Source of the DNA: Trichoplax adhaerens | Taxonomy: Eukaryota; Animalia; Placozoa | Assembly (NCBI RefSeq): GCF_000150275.1 | Contig: NW_002060949.1 | Span: forward strand, 2,043,836 to 2,107,835 | DNA: 64,000 nt | Direction: 5' to 3' | In this document: piece by piece, positions 54,847-64,000 of the stretch | How the letters are laid out: each line of letters begins with the position of its first letter | Numbering within the stretch: position 1 is the first letter of the stretch | Program-made: the position numbers and the translations under genes | The notes under the pieces: generated by a model | The model's database searches: none | The model's input: only the letters and a program-made list of their open reading frames with translations | What the model was told of the DNA's origin: nothing

Positions 54847-56304
54847 ATTTGTACTCTGTGCGGCTAAGAATCTCTAGTGTGGTGTTGTTCCTTTAACATC
54901 TGATCTGACTAAGCTTTAAGTTATCTTAGCTGAATACCTACGTAAAACATTGCATGAAACATACTCATATATTGCAGATGATCAAATAAAATGTTAGGGT
55001 ACAATAAATCAACTGAATCAAAATAATAAATTAATCTCCATCTATAATAAGTATTCTATCTATAACGTTATTAAGTTGAAGATATTAGACACGCAATGTA
55101 CCGCAGCATTGTACAGTATTTATTTATTTCACTGTTAATAACTAATAGTTAACCATGGCTAGGGCTCTTTACTATCAGAGTAAAAGAACTCTTTGTTGAA
55201 AGCGTGGTAAATAATCTTTGCAGTTACAAATGCAGTATCAATTTCGTTGCGCAAAGGCATACCACAAAGATGTACTACAGTATAGTAAATCTCTTTCCAA
55301 AGTAATTGCATGTCTATCGAAATAAACTCGCATAATTAATAAACACAGGGACTAAAAGAGGAGAGAGTGTTATATTTATAAAGGTAAAAGAAAAAGCTAA
55401 TTACAGATACGCCCGTATATTATACAAGACCATAGACTACTAGTCCATGACAACGTACACACTACAGTTAAAATAGCGAAATATATAAAATGCCATCGTA
55501 CTGACAAAAATGGTATGATAGCAACTGCCTTGCCAATAAAACAGAAAACTATTGACGCCATTGATTGCTAAGAATTTAATATTAATGTACGCGCATAGCG
55601 TTTTTTTTGTGCAGTGGCATTTCTACCTAAAGGTTCAATAAATGAAAAAATTCAGGAATATCATGCATAACCACTGTAGATTGACTGTGTTACGTTTTTT
55701 AACTCCTCAACATTCCAAACAGCTCAAATCTCCTTATGCAATAAAACTCACAGGGGTATTATAGTATGCAGATAGGAATACCATCGACAAAGTGATACAC
55801 TACTTGTAATACAATTTTGCTACTACCATATTATCACATGCTATCTATTACAGCCATTAATACCAAACGTAGCAGACTGTAATAAACATTTTATTCTTTT
55901 TATTATTAGTCACTCTCTTACACATACACATACACATTGTATAAGCATAGGACTCTGGTGATATTTTTTTAAGCTAAATTGTCGTGACTTTACAGTACAA
56001 GATAGTTAAACACTACAAAATTTAGACTAAATATTCAGTATGTCATGATGTGTTATGAATTGAGATATACTAGTATCGCATAAGGTAACATTTTATAATC
56101 CACTTTCCCTAAATTTTCTATTAGCATTTGCGTATTTGTTTAATATTAGAAGTAGATCAATCAATTAATATGCACAAAGCTTCAGTTGTAAAATTAGTAT
56201 ACGAACAGCACGGATTATTGTCAGTTATTCAACTTTACAAGAGTAATTTATAAAAATAAATTATTTCTTTATACAAGCATTATTTTGTTAGCAATAAACT
56301 CATT

Positions 56305-58595
56305 CTAACGAATGACTTTCGCTAATTTAGAATATTCAACACTTTTAGTCTTTTTAACCTTTTCCTTTTTATCAACGGCAAAACATTTCCAAAATCGTAA
56401 CGTCTCGTCTGCAGCTGCAGACGCTACAGTAGATCCATCTGGACTTAGAGTCATATATAAAACACGATCCGTGTGTCCATACAAGTCAGTGACGCGAACC
56501 ATCGAAGGATACTTCCATATAGTTAGTTGATACTGAGAATACCCATGACCAGAAATTAACTCACGGTACTCTTTCGACCATAAAATATTGCAAACCTAAG
56601 TATGTCATAAAAGTTATATATTATATGTTATAGTATGTATAAAAAAATCAACTAGTGAACAATAAATAATCTGATCTGATCGGAATATGTGCTGGTAGTA
56701 TGGTACGCTCAATGGAATTTTTAGGTACAATGCATTCATAAAAGTATTAACAATGTTAAATACCCAACGAAAGACTAATATTGAGAACAATGGACAACTT
56801 ATATAGCTCAATGTACCTGTGACGCAGTATCGATACTATTTAAACAACTTCCTGTAGATGCATTCCAAAGTTTAATACATCGATCAGCGGTACCGCCTCC
56901 AGTTGCCAATAAGTTATCGTGCCAAGGACACCAAGATACAGCCTAATCATGACAAATAAAAACGTGGACAGTAAATTAATGGAGATTGTTACAAGAGTCA
57001 TGCAAAGATGATGATTAACATTCCGTACCTTAACGGCAGCTTGATGATCAGTTAACGAATGCAACATAGAATTATCTTGCCAAATCGTGACCACATTATC
57101 GTTACCACCACTAGCTAGGTATTTACCATTGGGAGACCATTTAAGACCACACACTTCTTGAACGTGATTCGATAATGTTGAAATATGATGATTTGCTACA
57201 CGTACATCATGACAATGAATAGCACCACTACCAGAACCACTAGCCAGGATGTGCTCGTTCCAGCTAAGGGCTCCTATTCGTGCTGAATGACCAGACATTG
57301 ATCGTAAACACTTTGATTGCCCCACATCCCAGATCTAGAAGAATTTAGTTTAGATATCAAAGATTAAAAATTGGGTAAGCTATAACAGAATCATAACATA
57401 TACTCAAGATATTTTCATCATATGATGATAGTTTAGAGGTAAGTCTATCGATAGCCAACGCTTTACTCCATGAATTGCTCACCTGAACCGAATTTGTGCT
57501 GGTACCAACAGCTAAGTAATTTCCTTCTTTGATCCATGAAACAGCAGAGATGTAATCGTTCGTGCTTTCCATTTGCATTAATTGATGTATTGTTCCATCT
57601 CCAGCATTCCATATGTATAGCACATTTCGCAAGGCAATAGCGACATGGTTATTAACACTCCAATCTAGCAAATTTAAGTCTAAAACATACGTTGACAATT
57701 AGAGATATAAATTTAACTTTAGCTAATCTGTTTGATTGTAACGTACGACTAGTCCAAATCAATGTACTTTACTTTTAGTATAATCTAGCCAGGGATCATT
57801 CATTGCTTTATGAGTCATCTCGAATTGAACATACATATAAGTCAATAGGATACTTACAATAATCATCGACCAGGTCAGGCGCGTCCAAAACTCTTTCAGG
57901 TGTACTGGGAATAAATCGACTGGATTTTTTACAGGATGAGCTAGTAACATTTTGCGTATACAGCACACGATTATTATTTTGATGACCTACATCATGATGA
58001 TAAAAAATGTTGTAAAATTTTCAAGGTCTTTGGGGGAATAGTGTTTTATGCTGAACTGCTGTAACACAGTTGTACAATAAAAATGAAATTTATATGGAAT
58101 AAAAGACAATGTATCACTGAGTGATACTATAATTAGGGATCGTACCTTCTCTTGGTGGAGGAGCCTTATTTTTACAGCGATAATTTTACTATCGAAATCG
58201 CAATTTAAGCTTTCTGATAGTAATTTTCTATACTCTGAGTTGCTAGGGGTAGTAGACTTACTACCATCATCTTTGTTGGTTGAGTTCATTACCTTATGAT
58301 GGCTGACGTCCATATTCATAGCGTCACGATTAGGAATAAATCGATCAGCACTAGGCGTTTTCGGCGTTTTGGATTTTCCAATTGTCGACTTACTATGAAT
58401 GCCTGGCGTAATGGATGAAGGAGTTTTACCACTAGTACTCGTATTGGCCATGGCTTTGTTGGCATGTTTCTGTGGAGTAGAACCGGTCTTGGATTTTTCT
58501 CCAGTAGAGAAACAGGCGTCCCTCTTTCGTTTCCATCGTGGGGCCGGCCCTGATAATGGTTCATCTAAATTGAAAATGCCGATATTGCTATTCAT
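56305..58595 (-). CDS. CDC20: Cell division cycle 20 (APC/C co-activator), 6 coding exons; as sequenced it has a 1-nt frameshift near 58169-58173
   Basis: [16 protein letters not shown]-box [30 protein letters not shown]40 repeats, [33 protein letters not shown]-terminal IR tail. Confidence 0.95.
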
Positions 58596-58883
58596 TTCTT
58601 GCTTGCTAACCAGTATCTGAATGAAAAATCGTTCACAAAATAGCACTACAAGTGATATAATCGCCTTGAAATGCTCTTAATATCCACCAATAGTTTCTTG
58701 ATTTCAAGAAAACACCCTCGACACAGCACAGTTGCGAAATAATCGATTTAGACTGACGTTAGTACCAAGTTACTTCATTTATTGACTACACTACACTATG
58801 CTACTTACTACAAAATCATACACTACTGTACATTCGGACTGGAGGTGGAGGAGCATCAGTCACATGGTTAGTACGGGCAGTGA

Positions 58884-58949
58884 TGATTGGTTACAGGATC
58901 GATTGCATCAAGTTTGATTGGTTGAAAATGTTGGTACACGGAATTTAAA
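58884..58949 (-). promoter_or_regulatory. Two NF-Y CCAAT boxes 31 bp apart plus a CHR-like TTTAAA upstream of CDC20
   Basis: TGATTGGTT at 58884-58892 and 58915-58923 (AACCAATCA on -); TTTAAA at 58944-58949. Confidence 0.6.
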
Positions 58950-58974
58950 ATCTGGACTTTTGCGCTATACTATA

Positions 58975-59100
58975 CACAGTGTACTGTAGGTCTACAGTAC
59001 AGTACCGTACTGTAGATCGTGTACTGTACACTGTACCCTCCTACAGTTCACGATCGAGAATTTTCCTTCTTGCTGTACTGTACACTGTACACTGTACGGT
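58975..59100. repeat. Dense ACAGT/ACTGT pentamer cluster in the CDC20/GNAT divergent promoter
   Basis: cacagtgtactgtag..tacagtacagtaccgtactgtag..gtactgtacactgtac..ctgtactgtacactgtacactgtac. Confidence 0.85.
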
Positions 59101-59340
59101 ATGCCTACTCGATATTGTTCTATGTTGGCAATTCCTCGGCCTTGGTGGGGTGGAGTGAGGAGGTAAAAGCTCTATATAGAAACTTGTTTTTTACCTCGTC
59201 ATATTGCCATGTTGGAAAGAGAGAGAAAAACTTTTACGGTTATATATTAAAGTTAGGACTTTCAAGTGTTAGGAAAAGCGTAGTGTAGACTCTGCAGACA
59301 CCCTACGGTATAACCTGCCGTCGAGGATATCATAGAATTG

Positions 59341-59348
59341 TATAAAAG
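59341..59348 (+). promoter_or_regulatory. Putative TATA box for the GNAT gene
   Basis: TATAAAAG about 130 nt upstream of the ATG at 59472; AT-rich background weakens this. Confidence 0.35.
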
Positions 59349-59471
59349 CCAGCAGTTTTGAATGCCAGTCTACTGTATTGCAAGGCAATTTTACACACCC
59401 GACTACCTAGTCCCTACCTCGGGGCTTCTTGCTTAGAGAGCATTCGCCGGAAGCAGAAAGGTAAATAAAGG

Positions 59472-59957
59472 ATGGAAATTGTCAACGCGGTCATACCTGA
59501 TGATTTAGAGGAAATTCGTAGTTTATTCCGAGAATATGAAAATTTTCTTGAAGTGGACATTTGTTTTCAAGGATTTGAAGAAGAACTACAAACTTTACCT
59601 GGGAAATATGCACAGCCTAAAGGAAGACTGCTCCTGGCAAGAAAGAACGACATTATTGCAGGATGTGTTGGACTGAGAGAATTGCAACCTGGTATCTGTG
59701 AAATGAAACGTCTCTATGTAAGACCAAAATTTCAAGGAAAAAACCTCGGAAGAAAATTAGTTAAAAGAATTATTCAAGAAGCGCAAAACATCGGTTACAC
59801 ACGGATGAGATTGGACTCTCTTGGGAAATTGAAAGCAGCCCTGTCGCTTTATAAATCATTGGGTTTTCGAGAAACCCGCCCTTATTACGACAATCCCCTT
59901 TCCAATGTTGTCTACTTACAACTTGACTTAACTCAATTATCCAACTCAAGCGAATAA
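59472..59957 (+). CDS. GNAT-family N-acetyltransferase of bacterial type, intronless
   Basis: 161 aa: LFREY...DICFQGFEEELQTLPGKYAQPKGRLLLA, AGCVGLR, CEMKRLYVRPKFQGKNLGRKL (acetyl-CoA motif A), AQNIGYTRMRLDSL, ALSLYKSLGF, PYYDNP. Confidence 0.93.
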   Translation: MEIVNAVIPDDLEEIRSLFREYENFLEVDICFQGFEEELQTLPGKYAQPKGRLLLARKNDIIAGCVGLRELQPGICEMKRLYVRPKFQGKNLGRKLVKRIIQEAQNIGYTRMRLDSLGKLKAALSLYKSLGFRETRPYYDNPLSNVVYLQLDLTQLSNSSE

Positions 59958-60711
59958 AATTCTCCAATCTTTATCATCGCAAATCATGGAAGAGCCAACT
60001 GCTTTCAATTGCACCAATTGCTACTGTATAATACTACAAATCAGCTTTAGAAAATATCTCAAATGCTACCTATCAATTTACCCTTTATTTATTATCTGTT
60101 GCTATTATACTGTACTGTACTATACAATATTCTGTATATGACCGAACTCGTCTATCATAAAATTTTATCGTCTGCCAATAAAATGAATCTGATTATTTTT
60201 TTGGGGGAATTATAATAACTTGATTTCATTATATCGGTATATTCTGTCAACATCAGTGTTAATTCATTATTAAGATTTAATTTACATCTACTGTACTGTA
60301 CTGGTACAAAGATGATAATAGATCAAAAAATTGTATCAAGTTGAATCAATCTTAGCCATTGGGTAAAGGAAGATGCAATGTAGCGATTGAACCTCACGAT
60401 TTCGTTGATATACGACCTACGAAACTTTCTCGCTTTCCTGTTGTGCAACATTATTATCATATTCTCTGTGCCGGTTGTTTTGCATGCGTTTAATCCTATA
60501 CAGAACTATCACCCATGTCTTATACAGAGCTGACTAGACGAAAAGAGCTCTGTTTCTTATCCAATTACTCAGCAGTGGTAAAGAAACCAATAATTAAAAT
60601 GGCCTTTAAAAAACGTAGGATACATTCGTACTTCATTAATGAATTAATTCATTTTTTGAACCCACGCTTAACTGGTATGAAAGCTGAATCTCCAATGGTC
60701 GGTTCGCTCTA

Positions 60712-61130
60712 TGCTTGGGTCTTGCAGACTTGAAGATTTAGGCATTACATGAGTCCATTTTCGGAGAAGATGCGCGTATATCGCAGTATACAGGAATCAA
60801 TATCTAGCATTGCGTATTGCCTTCTTGGAGTTCCTAGTCTCCTACTACAATATACTACAAGTTGACCAGGATTAGACGACTAGGTCCTTGCAGACAAAGA
60901 TTCAAGAATCAATTTCTCCATTTTACTGTCATTCCTGGTAGTGTATCTTGAATAAACAACAAGCAACAGTCGCCTCTTTGGATCCAAATCGACTTGGATG
61001 AAGTAAAAGAGATCCAAATCGACTTAGATGAAGCAAAAGAGCTTGTTGCAATGACACTCTAATCTGTACTATAGGACCTTGCCCTATCATACTGTCTAGA
61101 TACCTAAAAGAAACGGCAGACTTCGTCCCA
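60712..61130 (+). pseudogene. Decayed F5/8 type C (discoidin)-like coding remnant, possibly two domains
   Basis: Interrupted frames read LGLADLKI..DARI..PSW..(shift)LQVD and GSVS*INNKQQSPLWIQIDLDEVKE..LVAMTL*..LSY; several stops and frameshifts. Confidence 0.35.
60981..61040. repeat. 30-bp tandem duplication
   Basis: GATCCAAATCGACTTGGATGAAGTAAAAGA / GATCCAAATCGACTTAGATGAAGCAAAAGA (2 mismatches). Confidence 0.95.
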
Positions 61131-61410
61131 ACATGCATAGACAGGCTAAGCCATTCTTCCAGTTCTTCTATACTAGCTGTAAAATTGACAACACAGCAAT
61201 CTTTAAATTGCTGTACTAGGAAGCATACGGTAGATAGTATAACCACTCAAAACATAACGCGCAATACGATCGATCGTATAGAGACTGGCGGATAGAAACT
61301 GATTGACTTGCATCACATTCCTAGTGTTGGATGTGGATGGTTGGACCACCGGCAAATCCAACCCTTAGACACCCAAAATTCCAATGCTTTACGCCTTCAA
61401 TCGTTCGAAA

Positions 61411-63960
61411 ATGGATGTAAACAGCCTTTCTTTAAATCGTATATTGGTCTTTCTATCACTGGCATTAATCTTGTGTCTAGCGGCAGTGGAATCTTCCTCA
61501 GGAACATGCACAGCGGACAGGAATGAATGTGATGCCAATTCTGGTAAGCAATTCAAATGGATAGCATTCAACCAACTACAGTAAATCATTCAAACTGCAG
61601 TCTCCCTACACACTAATATCAATGTTATTGGTACTAGATTAATCTATAAATTTTACCATGGATAGAAAAGCCAATAATATGATACATTACAGTACCCTAA
61701 CCACCATTCGGAGATGAATGATAGTTTAATCCCTTCAGTCACCTTGGTACCTTAACTACGATGTATATAGGGCGTAGCAACTTTTACTCTATTCAAATAA
61801 TTATAGAAAAACTTCGATTCAGAAACTTGATTTATTTTAGCTTTAGTTATAGCTGTTAAAATTGGCATAATAAGAAATTATCTTCCCGTTGTTATATCTT
61901 ATGCTCCATTTTTTCTATATTGGACAGAATATGTATCTTGTTCAACTCATACACGTATACAATTAATTACACACACGCTGACACTGTGACTACCACAGTG
62001 CAGCAATTACTTTAATAAATGATTTATAATTCTATTTGACTTTTGAAGAACCTATGCGTAAGTATGGGCCTTACCTTCCAAAAGTGACTATCATCTCGCC
62101 AACGTGTGTTAAACGTCATCAATTTCATTCCAACTTAATTCGAATGTTTCAACATCAAAGATACGGTGGAGAGAAAGAGCTCCTAATTTATGATGGTGCT
62201 TGCAAATCTAAATCATCAGATGATAAATCAGTCAAATCGAAAGTAGTACTAAAAGCAATGGAAGAGGACAGTAGAATCAGATATTATTATGAGCCCTTAA
62301 AAATCAAAAAGGGCGAGGATCATGTAAAACTTGGTAGCAAAAGGAATTGGATGATTGCTAATAGCACCGGAGAAATTATCGTCCATTTCGACGATGACGA
62401 TTACTACGGTCCTAATTATTTGCAACATATGATAACAACGATGATAATGCGTAAAGCCGTGATGATCAAGTTAATAGGTAATATGATAGATCAAGACAAC
62501 AAATTCCAATTCTATTTTAACACAATATTTGGGTTATAACATGCTTGCTGTAGCACATTGATACATGATAGATTTAGTTCAACATGTTTTTATAAACCTC
62601 CGATCTGAATGCTTCAATTGAAACAATTTTAGCCTGGTTTATTTATGGTGAGCAATATCAAGATGGCAGACGTACAGAATCATTCGCCTACTATGATTAT
62701 ACTGTCAGCCAATCGAAAGGCTGGGGCTGGAATCTTGTTTATAGAAAGGAATTATTAGGTAATTTAAATAAAATCGAAAGCTTAAGCATTCATTCCTATG
62801 TAAGGTTCTACGTTCTTTAGATATTGGGATAGCTATACGTATTTGATCAGCACAACGACTCGATTCCACAGTGATTATTCCATATTACTATTTGGTGTTA
62901 ACGTGTTAACCCTGTAACATTATTACGTTAAGCCACCTGTCTTTGTATTCATGTTACTAATGTGAAATTTTGGTGAGCCTTTCATTCGAAAATGACATTA
63001 AGTATCACTCTCTTTACAGATCAGGTGAAATTTAGAGACGCCGATTTCATGGAAGAAGATCACTTCGTCAATACAATCTTCACGAACGGAAACAAGTAAT
63101 CTACAACACTTGCTAATTATGCGTTACACTACTATTTGTTATATCGAATATTTAGTAGCGTATTTTTATACGAGCTTTAAGATATCTTTTCCATTTCATA
63201 ATAATAATAACAATCATGTAGCTTTAGAAACTTAAAAATTGATAATTTTTACGGTAAATGTTCGCTTTGGCTTATAGCTTAGATTTGTCCTGGATTAACA
63301 TTATCCAACACATGATAGTAATTGTCAGCCATTTTTAATATTCATCTAGAGTACACTTTATGCAAGATAAAAATTTCTTAGCCATGAAGGTAAGCAATGA
63401 TTTAGTTACCCAATTTTTATTATCCAATCTGAAAATAACTACCTAAATATTTACGTAGGAAAAGTATCTGTTAAACTTTGCGCGATAGGAAAATTATCAT
63501 TCAGTTTAATTTAATGCTTTATTTCATAACACTAATACTTTTAGATGGCGACACAAATTTACACGTTGGTCTCTTCATTTGATAATGTATAATTTTGTAA
63601 TGATAGTTTGTTACAGGATCGCTTGTAAGATCTACTGGGATGCCGTTATGCAAGACGTCAGGTAGCGACTATAAAATTTGTGATCGTTATGAATTACCAA
63701 GATGGCTCGCGGAAAAAAGTAAGTTGAAATTGACTTGTCAATAGTGTAAGATACTACACTAAATAAACCTTAACCATATTATAACGAGCATGAGTATAAA
63801 CTTTAAACCGTCTCTATTCCTTTAAAATAGGATACTTTTAGTTGTATTAAGGCTAATGTAATAGCTTCAATCCACAAATTAAATCATGCCATTTAAATTA
63901 ATTCATTTAGGCTTTGGATCACAAATTAAGGACTGGATTAAAATGGTCAACACAAGATAG
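61411..63960 (+). CDS. Secretory glycosyltransferase, family 2 (GT-A fold), multi-exon; 3' exon phasing unresolved
   Basis: Signal/anchor MDVNSLSLNRILVFLSLALILCLAA; exon from 62049 has LPKVTIISPT, QHQRY..ELLIYDG, RIRYYY, LGSKRNW..STGEIIVHFDDDDYY.PNYL (DxD); later exons at ~62632, ~63020, ~63350, ~63545, ~63617, 63911; AATAAA at ~63978. Confidence 0.8.
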
Positions 63961-64000
63961 CCAGTTTTATTTTTTATAATAAAATTTTGCAAGCCAATCT

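Noticed and set aside
57759-57968. Short ORF-track entries overlapping genes (57759-57968, 58316-58564, 58399-58620, 25038-25283, 32253-32480, 59770-59967 and others)
   Set aside because: Alternate-frame or antisense shadows of real exons, or intron read-through.
58165-58180. Programmed -1 ribosomal frameshift in CDC20
   Set aside because: No canonical X XXY YYZ heptamer or evident downstream structure; a homopolymer error is more parsimonious.
58592-58778. Spliced uORF whose TGA overlaps the CDC20 ATG
   Set aside because: It depends on one of several equally plausible upstream donors and cannot be supported without transcripts.

Overview
AT-rich, gene-dense eukaryotic (animal) genomic DNA with many short GT-AG introns. 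The compactness and proteins fit a placozoan (Trichoplax-like) genome; this is inference. I assembled exons by hand. Left to right: first exon of a divergent gene leaving the window; a DSN1-like kinetochore gene; three sigma-like GST paralogues; MSH5; a single-domain rhodanese; EIF2B3; ERMP1; an intronless orphan with a catalytically dead Rpn11/CSN5-like MPN domain; TRAPPC5; ketohexokinase; RICTOR; a 118-bp tandem repeat carrying a 43-bp hairpin insertion with a 5-bp target-site duplication; an unknown ORF; CDC20; an intronless bacterial-type GNAT acetyltransferase; a decayed discoidin-like remnant; and a secretory GT2 glycosyltransferase of non-animal type. The most notable items are the probable horizontally acquired GNAT/GT2 segment, the pseudo-JAMM orphan, a monopolin-type motif in DSN1, 1-nt frameshifts in both MSH5 and CDC20 (possibly assembly errors), a CCAAT-CCAAT-CHR cell-cycle promoter, and ACAGT pentamer clusters at divergent promoters. 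I recognised no tRNA, rRNA, CRISPR array or autonomous transposon. No database searches were run; all homology calls are from motif recognition.
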